Shown piece after piece: positions 40,014 to 49,616 of a stretch of 64,000 nt of DNA. Position 1 is the stretch's first letter, and each line of letters starts with the position of its first letter. The notes below the pieces were generated by a model. It worked only from the letters and a program-made list of their open reading frames with translations. It did no database searches and was not told the DNA's origin. The position numbers and the translations under genes are program-made. Source of the stretch: Candidatus Heimdallarchaeota archaeon (GTDB lineage Archaea; Asgardarchaeota; Heimdallarchaeia; Hodarchaeales; Hodarchaeaceae); the NCBI GenBank assembly GCA_020353515.1, contig CP070695.1:4228931-4292930 (forward strand). Reading direction: 5' to 3'.

Positions 40014-41051
40014 TTAATGCCTCTTCAATCGTGGGTTGAAAATTTCATCAAGATTACTATGTAGTATATAGAGTATCACAAGGAATGCTGTTAGCACTAT
40101 CCCAGGGGGGAAGTATGCCCAGTACATCTCTGATCGAATGGATTCATTCTGAATTACCCAGTATAACATACTTCCTAACGTAATATACGGAGGAGAAGGA
40201 GGTCCTAATCCAAGCATACTTATACCTGCTTCTGCAACAATAGCACCACCTGTAACTATTGCAAATAGTAAACCAAGATAAGCAAACATGTTTGGGAGGA
40301 CTTCCACCGCTGCTATTCTCATATCTGACATTCCTGAGACTCGAGCCAAATCCACGAAGTCTCTTTCTCTCAGAGTCATAACTTGGGCCCTAATTGCCCG
40401 CGCAACCCAAGGCCAAGTCGTGACTGCAAGAATGACAGCAATTAAACCCAAATCTCGATCTTGAGGCCTGATAGATGCTGCTAAAATTAATAAAACTGGA
40501 TAAATAGGAAAAACAATCACAATATTGGTAATTAACATAAGGAATTCGTCGAGGATACCCCCTTTATAAGCTGCTAAGCTTCCTATAATAACAGCTACCG
40601 TTACAACAATAATACTTGTAGTAACGCCAATTAAAAGCGAGTTCTGAGTAGCATGCGCGAGCTGAGCAAAGAGATCTCTTCCATAGTCATCAGTTCCCAA
40701 AAGTAAATATTCTGAAGGAGGTCTAAATATCAATCTTGTCCCCCATTGGTCAAATTGACCTATAAAGGGATCTCCTACAATTCCAGGGAAATTAAATAGT
40801 TCAAATTTCATTTTTATGATTGGAATTTCAACAAAAGGAAAAATGAATTGAATCAATTCATTGATCAAATAGCATATCATTGGTATAAATCCCAAGAAAT
40901 CAAACAAAAAAACATCAGTTTCATAATATAAGAGACCTATTCTAAATCCAGGGAATATAAAACCGAAAATTAGGATTGAAAAAAAGACGATTATTGCTAT
41001 TGTAAAACCCTGATGCCTTCGAAGATAACCAAACACAAACTCATCCTCCAT
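40014..41051 (-). CDS. Opp-type ABC permease (OppC-like)
   Basis: LLGTDDYGRD, EAA-like loop DFVDLARVSG, LNPR-type end (FNPRLK). Confidence 0.9.
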   Translation of the reverse strand: MEDEFVFGYLRRHQGFTIAIIVFFSILIFGFIFPGFRIGLLYYETDVFLFDFLGFIPMICYLINELIQFIFPFVEIPIIKMKFELFNFPGIVGDPFIGQFDQWGTRLIFRPPSEYLLLGTDDYGRDLFAQLAHATQNSLLIGVTTSIIVVTVAVIIGSLAAYKGGILDEFLMLITNIVIVFPIYPVLLILAASIRPQDRDLGLIAVILAVTTWPWVARAIRAQVMTLRERDFVDLARVSGMSDMRIAAVEVLPNMFAYLGLLFAIVTGGAIVAEAGISMLGLGPPSPPYITLGSMLYWVIQNESIRSEMYWAYFPPGIVLTAFLVILYILHSNLDEIFNPRLKRH

Positions 41052-42132
41052 GACCAGTTTTTATTCGAGGATCTAAGAACCCATAAGTAATGTCGACAAG
41101 AAAATTGCCAACTATAACGACAACAAGGGTCACTAAAAACGTACCCACAATTAATGGATAATCTTGCACATTCACAGCATTACCAGCTAAGGCTCCAATA
41201 CCTGGCCATAGAAAAATATTCTCAACAATAATTGTCATACCTATTAATTCATTTAATCTTAAATTCAGACCTGTAAATTGAGGCAAGAAAGCGTTTCTTT
41301 GTGCATACTGTCTCATTGTTCGTGTTCGGAATCCCATTTGTTTTGCATAGAGTAAATATTCGGATTCTTTTTCGTAAAGAGTCATTGCCCGCATACCAGT
41401 TGCCCAACCTCCAGTCATGACAATGATCAATGTAAAAAAAGGTGGAGCATAATGACGTAACGTATCAATGAAAAATTCTAGAGAAAGGTCCCGACTCATA
41501 TCAGGACTGATTCCCCCAGGATGTGAGAGAAAGATATTATCTCCTATGACAAAATAGACAAAGACCATGATCCCTAACCAGTAAAATGGCGCATTAGCTG
41601 CAATTACGCTAAACAAATATGTTAGATCATTTAATCTCCCCTTTAAGAACGCAGCTCTGCCCCCAATCCAATTACCTAAAAAGAAGCTAATGAACAAAAC
41701 TGGAATTGCAAGAACCATGGAATAAATCAGGCGTGGAAGGATTATCTCAACAACAGGTGTTGGATAATAAGTATAAGATGAGCCCAAATCAAACTGAAGC
41801 ATATGTATCCAAAACTCGATAAATTGTTCATGTAAGGGCTTATCAAGGCCAAAATAGGCCACCATACGTGCTTTAATTTCAGTATATAAGGCCATTCGCT
41901 CTGGATCAGCACCTGCAGGGGGGGGACGAAGTAATCTTGTTGCTGGGTCACCAGGCATAAATCGAGGAATAGCAAAGACAAAGGTTAAGGCGATGAAAAT
42001 CACAATTAAATAAAACATTGCTTTCTTGAAAACAAATCTTGAATAAGAGTGGGTTATAATCCCTTTTAGTCTATCAAGGATATCTATATCCTCTTTTTGT
42101 CCTTCTGTCTTTTTAAGAGATTTTGTTACCAT
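41041..42132 (-). CDS. Opp-type ABC permease (OppB-like)
   Basis: PRFMPGDP, FGLDKP, DLGSS, DYPL, LDPRIK. Confidence 0.9.
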   Translation of the reverse strand: MVTKSLKKTEGQKEDIDILDRLKGIITHSYSRFVFKKAMFYLIVIFIALTFVFAIPRFMPGDPATRLLRPPPAGADPERMALYTEIKARMVAYFGLDKPLHEQFIEFWIHMLQFDLGSSYTYYPTPVVEIILPRLIYSMVLAIPVLFISFFLGNWIGGRAAFLKGRLNDLTYLFSVIAANAPFYWLGIMVFVYFVIGDNIFLSHPGGISPDMSRDLSLEFFIDTLRHYAPPFFTLIIVMTGGWATGMRAMTLYEKESEYLLYAKQMGFRTRTMRQYAQRNAFLPQFTGLNLRLNELIGMTIIVENIFLWPGIGALAGNAVNVQDYPLIVGTFLVTLVVVIVGNFLVDITYGFLDPRIKTGHGG

Positions 42133-42350
42133 TATCTACAGCTCTTTATAATCATGATCAAAAGTTCAATTATTATAATATAATTTTTTTCTTAAATTCA
42201 ATAAGCTTTTACAGTATATTAAGATAACTCCTGTTCTTAGAAATATAAATCAATAATAATTCAATATTCTAGGATTCTATCAGTAAATAAGATATTTTTT
42301 TTTATGAAAATAAGTCACACAAACCATAATGTTAAATCGTAAATTAGGAT

Positions 42351-42380
42351 TAAAAAAGAAAAAGGGGGGAGGGGGGAAGA
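42351..42380 (-). terminator. Intra-operon pyrimidine/U-run terminator after the binding-protein gene
   Basis: Minus strand TCTTCCCCCCTCCCCCCTTTTTCTTTTTTA. Confidence 0.5.
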
Positions 42381-42398
42381 ATGTTGTTGTTATTCAGC

Positions 42399-44525
42399 TT
42401 ACTTCTTTTTTCGTCTGAAATACACTGTTGTTCCTACTAGTATGATTAATACTGTTAGGAATTCAAATCCAGGTCCAGGTTCTTCTGTCTTTGTCTTTGT
42501 CTTTGTCTTTGTTGGTTCTGTTGGTTCCTTTGTTGCGGACGTTGGAGTAGTCTCTGGAACATCTTCAGCAGCAGGGATCAAATTAAGTATGTACAACAAT
42601 TGAGCCCCAATTTGTGAAGTCATCCAGGGAGCAACCACGTGTATCCAGTTGTCATCCTTGTTAGGCCATTTACGCCAGTATTTAGTGTTATATGCCATCC
42701 AATATCCATTTGGAGAGATAGGAATCGCAGGTATTACATCAGCAATTATTTCCTGCATCGCACTAGCAAGAGCCTTTTCTCCAGTGACATTTGTAGGATC
42801 AATGGTTTCCCATTCTTCATGAAGGGCTACATATTCTGGATTGTACCAAGCAGAATAATTAGTCCATTGACCTGCAGCACCAATAAACTTGCCTAATTCA
42901 CTCCAGGGACGACCATTCGGTCCAAAGCCCATCACAAAGTTCATTAGGTCAAAGTCCATAGCATTGAACTTGTTGACATATGTTCCGTACTCAATGAAGG
43001 CAGGATTACAGGAGATACCAATCTGATTTGCAAAGTAGTCGGCCAAGAGAGTTGTTTGCAACATCGAATCAGACCAACCATAGACTACCATTATTTCCCA
43101 GTCACCGAGTTTAACGTTCGTTGAACCATTGACATAACCTTCAATACCCCAGCCATCGTCATCAGTTACCTCGTCCACGATAGTAACATTTTCGTGGCCT
43201 GGCATTCCAGCAGAATCAGTTGGTACATCATTAGTGTACCATGCCCCATCTAATTTAAAGCAATTTTCGTCTAAAATCTCTTCTGATTTAGTGATGTTAA
43301 AATCGATACCATATTCTGCTTGAATCTCGGCATCGTACACATGTCTTTGTGTTGGTGATCGGTCATCAATGTACCCTTGTCGTGCTCGCTGGAGGTAACC
43401 ACTTGCTGCGACTTCTGACATATCTTCATAGTTAATAGCGTAAGCTAATGCTTCACGTAACCATTCTTGGTTAAATGGGAATCGTAGGTGATTAGGTACC
43501 AATTCAACCATACCACTTATAGGAAGGAAGTATGGTTCTTCGTTTTGGGTATAGGTCATAATATTTGGATTATCTTCTATAAGTTCCCAAATACGTGGAT
43601 AGTACCCGCCGTACCAATCGATTTCATCATTTGCGAAGGCTTGGTTCACTTGGAAGTTATTTGGATAATGAAGTTGTCCAATATACTTTGCTTTTGGTTG
43701 ATTCCAAATGTCATTTCCCCACCAGTCATCGTCTCGCATGTATACGTGCCTATCAAGGGTTTCAGAGACTTCATATGGTCGGTAGGGTCCTGAACTGACT
43801 TTCCATTTATCTGGGAAAGCTGAACCATTGGGGAAGAAGCTAGTATCAACCCAATTATTCTTGAAAGCCCAGTCAGCAGCTATAGAAACGGTATCCCAGC
43901 CTGTATCAGTGAAATCAACGCTATCATCCAAAGCTTCATTGTCGAGCCAATCGTAGATTTCCATCCAGACATGTTTTGGGCCAACAACTCTATCGCAGTT
44001 ACCAAGGAGGTGATCGAACAGCACCTTACTGTAAGCGTATGCTGGTTTTACGTGTATTTTGAGTGTGGTATCATCGACCTCCTCATATGAAGCAACTCGC
44101 TCAGCGATACTTCCTTGAGCGCCAGCAAGCAGGAAACTCCATGTGAAGATCACATCATCAACTGTGATTGGATTTCCATCTGACCATTCTGCTTCAGAAC
44201 GAAGAGTGATTGTCATTGTCGTGCTATTTGTCCATTCAAAGGTTTCTCCGATAAATCCTATCATGTCACCTGTTTCATAGTTGATATCAAACAGGGGTAA
44301 ATACATGAAGAATTCGCCCCAAGCTTTACCATCCCACCAATAGGGGTTCCAGTTGGTAGGGCCAGCCCAATAACCTGAGGACCAGACGATCTCATCACGA
44401 GGGATGGCAGCAATTCTATCTACTGAAGCCTTAGGGGGAGGAACACTGACTACACTGAGCGGTTGAATCATTAGACCTAGGAGTGTTAAAATTGCTATTG
44501 CAAGATAAATTTTCTTAGTTTTCAT
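42399..44525 (-). CDS. Family-5 solute-binding protein (oligosaccharide type) with PGF-CTERM
   Basis: WSDGNPITVDDVIFT, SGPY, REALAYAIN; Trp-rich; Thr/Lys linker; PGPGFEF-TM-RRKKK. Confidence 0.9.
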   Translation of the reverse strand: MKTKKIYLAIAILTLLGLMIQPLSVVSVPPPKASVDRIAAIPRDEIVWSSGYWAGPTNWNPYWWDGKAWGEFFMYLPLFDINYETGDMIGFIGETFEWTNSTTMTITLRSEAEWSDGNPITVDDVIFTWSFLLAGAQGSIAERVASYEEVDDTTLKIHVKPAYAYSKVLFDHLLGNCDRVVGPKHVWMEIYDWLDNEALDDSVDFTDTGWDTVSIAADWAFKNNWVDTSFFPNGSAFPDKWKVSSGPYRPYEVSETLDRHVYMRDDDWWGNDIWNQPKAKYIGQLHYPNNFQVNQAFANDEIDWYGGYYPRIWELIEDNPNIMTYTQNEEPYFLPISGMVELVPNHLRFPFNQEWLREALAYAINYEDMSEVAASGYLQRARQGYIDDRSPTQRHVYDAEIQAEYGIDFNITKSEEILDENCFKLDGAWYTNDVPTDSAGMPGHENVTIVDEVTDDDGWGIEGYVNGSTNVKLGDWEIMVVYGWSDSMLQTTLLADYFANQIGISCNPAFIEYGTYVNKFNAMDFDLMNFVMGFGPNGRPWSELGKFIGAAGQWTNYSAWYNPEYVALHEEWETIDPTNVTGEKALASAMQEIIADVIPAIPISPNGYWMAYNTKYWRKWPNKDDNWIHVVAPWMTSQIGAQLLYILNLIPAAEDVPETTPTSATKEPTEPTKTKTKTKTEEPGPGFEFLTVLIILVGTTVYFRRKKK
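42486..42512. repeat. Hexamer tandem repeat (TGTCTT)x4.5
   Basis: Encodes the TKTKTKTKT linker of the binding protein. Confidence 0.85.
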
Positions 44526-44776
44526 GTTTCATCCATCATTTATTATATTTTTAGAGGAAATGTTTCTCATAAAAATACAAGGAACTATGGCGAGATTATA
44601 GTAATTAAAAGGATATCGTCAGTTGCACCCATGTTCGACATACAGTTGGAATTCCAAATCAGTGCTTTTTAAATGAAAGTAGTTGGATTGCGCTATTTTA
44701 TTCAAAGGACGTCTTATACTGATATCAAAGGATGATTTTGATTCTAACAGTATTGGTATTGACGAAAGAAAATCTC

Positions 44777-46948
44777 CTAATGAACAAAAATACTCTTTTT
44801 TAAAAGATCATTATCTCTTGAAGACCCACCAACTAAGATCTCAAATTCACCTGGTTCAACACATTCTACACCCTCAGAATTAATCAGTGACAATGATGAT
44901 ATAGGTAAAACCAAATTAACACATTTTTCTTCTCCAGGGTGAAGATTAACACTACTAAATCCTTTTAATTCTTTGATTGGAGTAGTAACAGAGCTATATT
45001 TGTCATTTACGTATAGTTGGACAATTTCAGTTCCTTCATGATTCCCTGTGTTTTTGATATCTATAGAAACAGTCAATACCTCATGTTTTTGCAATTCAGT
45101 AGTAGAACACCTTAGATTACTATATTGAAAAGAAGTATAAGACAAACCATAACCAAAAGGAAAGAGAGGTTCAGCATCCATGTCAACATATTTTCCTCCA
45201 TGCCAACCAGGCATTTGATTGTAATAGACTGGTAATTGCCCTATATGTCTAGGAAATGATATTGTTAATTTCCCAGAAGGATTAAAATCCCCAAAGAGTA
45301 CAGCAGCAACAGCATTTCCTCCCTCATTACCAGGATTCCAGGCTTCAAGGATAGCATCTGCATTCTCCGCTATCCATGGAATTGTCAAAGGTTTTCCATT
45401 GATAAGGACAACGATCAAAGGAGTCTCTGTTCTCTTAATGGAATCCAGGAGTTTATGTTGTGCACCTGTTAGATCAAGGGAAGCACGATCTTTTCGTTCT
45501 CCATTTAAGCTATAGCTATCACCTACGACGACTATCGCCACATTAGCTTCCATTGCTGCTTGAACAGCTTTCTGAATATCCTGATCTTCAGGATTTAACA
45601 CATCACATCCTTTAACATATAATATAGAACTCGGATCTTTCACTCGCTTTTTAATCCCATCCAGAATAGTCACTGTGTTATCTTTATGCCCATCTACAAT
45701 ATCACTATCTTGTGGGGGCCAATTCAGAACTTTTCCAAATGACCAGTCACCAAGTTGGGCTATCGAATTATCCGCATTAGGACCTAAAACTGCAATCTTA
45801 CCAATATTTTCTTTCAGAGGCAGGAGATCATTATCATTCTTCAGAAGTACTAGAGATTGAAGTGCTGCTTCCAAGGCTTTCTTTTTATGCTTTAAGCATC
45901 CAATAACTTTAGAATCAGAAGTAAGTAATCCTTTTTGCTCAAAAAGGCCTAGACGGAATTTTACATTCAAAATTCGGGAACAGGCATCATCGATCACTTT
46001 TTCATCAATATGCCCCTCTTTAATCATTTTGATGATGATATTATAAAATTCAGGAGTAGACATCATCATGTCATTTCCAGCAAGAAGAGCAATTTCAGCT
46101 GCATCCGCTAAGGTCGGAGCAATATATTGCATTTCATGCAACCAATTTATATTTGCCCAGTCTGTTAGGACAAAACCTTTAAATCCCCATTCTTTTTTTA
46201 ATAAATCTTTTAATAACCATGAATTTGCAGAACAAGGTGTTCCATCTATTGAGTGATAACCTGCCATGATGGAGTCACATCCTGTATCTACTACTGCCTT
46301 AAATGGTGGTAAAAAGATGCTTCTTAATTTTCTTCTTGAAACTTCGGCTTCTGCAGAGTCCCTCCCTCCAATCGTTTCACCATAGGCCACAAAATGTTTT
46401 GGACAAGCGAGAATGCTTTCTGGGTCAGATAAACTCTTCCCCTGATACCCCCTAACCATCGCTGAAGCTAAATTTCCAATGAGAAAAGGATCCTCACCAA
46501 AAGTTTCACTAATACGACCCCAACGTGGGTCTCTTCCAATACAAAGAATAGGAGCAAAAGTCCAATGAAAACCCGTGTGGATAACCTCTCTTGCAGTGAT
46601 TCGAGCAACTTCTTCTAAAAGCTCGGGATTCCAACTACACGACATTGCTAATTGTGATGGGAAAACTGTTGCTCCATCATGGAAACAATGCCCGTGTACG
46701 GCGTCAACTCCAAAAATAAGCGGAATCCCAAGACGTGTTTCTAACGCCATTTTTTGAAGGACTTGAGTATCTTTCCACTTCACATTAAGATATGAACCTA
46801 TATTTCTCTCTTTTATCCAGATTTTTGGGTCATGACTTAGATCAAGCTGACACATCTGCCCTACTTTCTCTTCAATTGTCATTCTTGACAATAAATCTAT
46901 TGTTCTTTCAGATGCTGAAAGTGATGGATCTCTATATACTTCAGACAT
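44777..46948 (-). CDS. GH3 beta-glucosidase (cytoplasmic)
   Basis: DAVHG, RDPRWGR, KHFVAYG, LTDW nucleophile, FPFGYGLSY, C-terminal Fn3-like domain; no signal peptide. Confidence 0.93.
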   Translation of the reverse strand: MSEVYRDPSLSASERTIDLLSRMTIEEKVGQMCQLDLSHDPKIWIKERNIGSYLNVKWKDTQVLQKMALETRLGIPLIFGVDAVHGHCFHDGATVFPSQLAMSCSWNPELLEEVARITAREVIHTGFHWTFAPILCIGRDPRWGRISETFGEDPFLIGNLASAMVRGYQGKSLSDPESILACPKHFVAYGETIGGRDSAEAEVSRRKLRSIFLPPFKAVVDTGCDSIMAGYHSIDGTPCSANSWLLKDLLKKEWGFKGFVLTDWANINWLHEMQYIAPTLADAAEIALLAGNDMMMSTPEFYNIIIKMIKEGHIDEKVIDDACSRILNVKFRLGLFEQKGLLTSDSKVIGCLKHKKKALEAALQSLVLLKNDNDLLPLKENIGKIAVLGPNADNSIAQLGDWSFGKVLNWPPQDSDIVDGHKDNTVTILDGIKKRVKDPSSILYVKGCDVLNPEDQDIQKAVQAAMEANVAIVVVGDSYSLNGERKDRASLDLTGAQHKLLDSIKRTETPLIVVLINGKPLTIPWIAENADAILEAWNPGNEGGNAVAAVLFGDFNPSGKLTISFPRHIGQLPVYYNQMPGWHGGKYVDMDAEPLFPFGYGLSYTSFQYSNLRCSTTELQKHEVLTVSIDIKNTGNHEGTEIVQLYVNDKYSSVTTPIKELKGFSSVNLHPGEEKCVNLVLPISSLSLINSEGVECVEPGEFEILVGGSSRDNDLLKKSIFVH

Positions 46949-47127
46949 GGGAAAATCACTTTGTCCTATTTTTTTCTGACATTTAATAGAAAAATAAACT
47001 AATTAACTAAATTTATATTTTTTTCTTTAGGTCTATATTTTCTCATAAAAGGTAAGAAATCTAATTTGAATTAACCAAAAGACCAGTTTAAAGGGAAAAC
47101 TGATTGATACATCTAAGAGGAAGATAA

Positions 47128-49572
47128 ATGCAGTACGGATATTTTGATGATGATCAAAAAGAGTATGTCATTACTCAACCTGATACTCCACTACCATGGA
47201 TCAACTATTTAGGCTCTGAAAATTATTTTGGAATTATCTCTAATACTGCAGGGGGATATTCATTTTATCAAGACGCAAGACTAAGACGAATCACTCGGTA
47301 TCGCTACAATAATATCCCTTGGGATTTTGGTGGACGATATATCTATTTACGAGATAATAATACAAAAGAATTTTGGTCACCTTCGTGGCAACCCACGCAT
47401 CACAATCTAGAACATTTTACTTGTCGTCATGGCTTAGGGTATTCTATTATTGGTTCTACTTACAAAAAGATTGAGACAAAAACACTATATTTTGTCCCAT
47501 TGGGTGAGAACCTAGAAATATGGCAAGTTTCTGTGAAAAACCTACGTAATAAGTCAGTGAATCTGTCACTTTTTTCCTGTATAGAATTCTGTTTGTGGGA
47601 TGCTCAAGACGATTCCACTAATTTTCAACGTAATTATAATACTGGTGAAGTAGAAATTGAAAATTCTGTTATATATCATAAAACAGAATATCGTGAACGA
47701 CGTAACCATTTTTCATATTTTGCTTGCTCTGAACCTCTAGAAGGATTCGATACTAAGCGGGATGAATTCCTAGGATCCTATCGGAGTTGGGAAAAACCTA
47801 TTGTGGTTGAATCTGGCCATTCAAATAATACTGAAGCTCATGGTTGGGCAATAGTAGGATCTCATCATATTAAACTTACTCTAGAACCCAATGAAACAAA
47901 ACAAGTCATCTTTATCCTTGGTTATCATGAAAATTCACATGACCAGAAGTTTGATCCACCTGAATCACAATTTATCAACAAAAAAACGGTTAGAAAGGTC
48001 ATTGCCAAGTATTTAGTTAAGGATAATGCAGATAATGCCTTCAACAACCTTTGTGCATATTGGAGAAATTTACTAGGAAAATTCCAGGTAATTACACCAG
48101 ATATTCACACAAACAGGATGGTAAACATCTGGAATACCTACCAATGCATGGTCACCTTTAATTTGTCCAGGTCTACCTCTTTTTTTGAGTCGGGGATCGG
48201 GCGTGGGATTGGATTTCGAGATTCGAATCAAGACCTATTAGGTTTTGTACATATGGTTCCTGAAAGGGCTCGAGAGCGTATTTTGGATCTAGCCGCTACT
48301 CAGCTAAAAACAGGTGGAGCCTATCACCAATACCAACCTCTGACTAAACGAGGCAATGATGACATTGGTAGTAATTTTAATGATGACCCCCTCTGGCTAA
48401 TTTTGAGTGTAGCTTCATATATTAAGGAAACAGGCGATTTCAATATTCTTGATGAACTTGTAGTTTATGAGAATCAACCTGGAACAGAACAGAAGCTTTT
48501 AGCCCATTTAAAACGTAGTCTATTCTATACTCAAGAACGGTTAGGGCCACATAAGTTACCACTTATTGGTCGTGCAGATTGGAATGATTGTTTGAACCTG
48601 AACTGTTTTTCTGAAGAACCAAGTCAATCATTCCAGACAACAACGAACAAAGACGGAAAAACAGCAGAATCAATATTTATTGCAGGGTTGTTCATTTATG
48701 CAACAAAGGAATTCGTTGAGATCCTTAGAGAGTGTAACTTAGAGGAGGAGGTAAAAGAATGTCTTGATTGGATTGAGGAGATGGAAACAGCCGTAAGAAA
48801 GTACGGTTGGGATGGAGAATGGTTTATACGTGCTTATGACGACTTTGGGAGTAAAGTGGGGTCTCATGAATGTAAGGAAGGACAAATCTTTATCGAATCA
48901 CAGGGATTTTGCATCTTAGCTGGAATAGGGTTAAGAGATGGTAGAGCAGAGAAAGCACTTTCTTCTGTAGAGAAATTACTAGCCACTCCACATGGTATCA
49001 TGCTCCATCAGCCCGCTTATTCCCAATATTATTTGCATTTAGGGGAAATATCATCATATCCTCCAGGCTACAAAGAAAACTCCAGTATTTTCTGTCACAC
49101 AAATCCTTGGATAATGATTTCTGAGACTATGGTTGGTCATGGAGACAAAGCATATGATTATTATATGTGTATTAATCCTTCAGGTAGGGAAAATATCAGC
49201 GAAACTCATCGTTGTGAACCATATGTATATGCTCAGATGATCGCTGGACAAGACGCACCAACTTATGGAGAAGCGAAAAACTCTTGGTTAACTGGGGCTG
49301 CTGCTTGGAATTATGTCGCTATTTCAAACTGGATTCTTGGAATCCGACCTACACATACAGGATTACAGATTGCACCAGTCATTCCAAAGAACTGGCCTGG
49401 TTTTACAGCAATTCGTATCCTTCGTGGGGTGAATTATGAGATCTGTGTTGAACGTGTTGGTGAGGGGAATAAAATCAAGCTTGAAGTTGATGATCAACCA
49501 ATAGAAGGAAATATCATTCCATATTCATCAGTAAAAAAGTCAAAAGTTATCGTTAAAGCAGTAATAAGTTGA
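47128..49572 (+). CDS. GH94 cellobiose phosphorylase-like
   Basis: CLWDAQDDSTNFQRN, HKTEYRERRNH, GFRDSNQD, HQYQPLTK, DWNDCLNLNCFS..QSFQT. Confidence 0.9.
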   Translation: MQYGYFDDDQKEYVITQPDTPLPWINYLGSENYFGIISNTAGGYSFYQDARLRRITRYRYNNIPWDFGGRYIYLRDNNTKEFWSPSWQPTHHNLEHFTCRHGLGYSIIGSTYKKIETKTLYFVPLGENLEIWQVSVKNLRNKSVNLSLFSCIEFCLWDAQDDSTNFQRNYNTGEVEIENSVIYHKTEYRERRNHFSYFACSEPLEGFDTKRDEFLGSYRSWEKPIVVESGHSNNTEAHGWAIVGSHHIKLTLEPNETKQVIFILGYHENSHDQKFDPPESQFINKKTVRKVIAKYLVKDNADNAFNNLCAYWRNLLGKFQVITPDIHTNRMVNIWNTYQCMVTFNLSRSTSFFESGIGRGIGFRDSNQDLLGFVHMVPERARERILDLAATQLKTGGAYHQYQPLTKRGNDDIGSNFNDDPLWLILSVASYIKETGDFNILDELVVYENQPGTEQKLLAHLKRSLFYTQERLGPHKLPLIGRADWNDCLNLNCFSEEPSQSFQTTTNKDGKTAESIFIAGLFIYATKEFVEILRECNLEEEVKECLDWIEEMETAVRKYGWDGEWFIRAYDDFGSKVGSHECKEGQIFIESQGFCILAGIGLRDGRAEKALSSVEKLLATPHGIMLHQPAYSQYYLHLGEISSYPPGYKENSSIFCHTNPWIMISETMVGHGDKAYDYYMCINPSGRENISETHRCEPYVYAQMIAGQDAPTYGEAKNSWLTGAAAWNYVAISNWILGIRPTHTGLQIAPVIPKNWPGFTAIRILRGVNYEICVERVGEGNKIKLEVDDQPIEGNIIPYSSVKKSKVIVKAVIS

Positions 49573-49616
49573 TTATACTAGATAAAATTGATTCAATTTA
49601 CAGGAAGAATTATTTC

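Noticed and set aside
42486-42512. Phase-variable repeat in the binding-protein gene
   Set aside because: Hexamer unit keeps the frame; it only changes linker length
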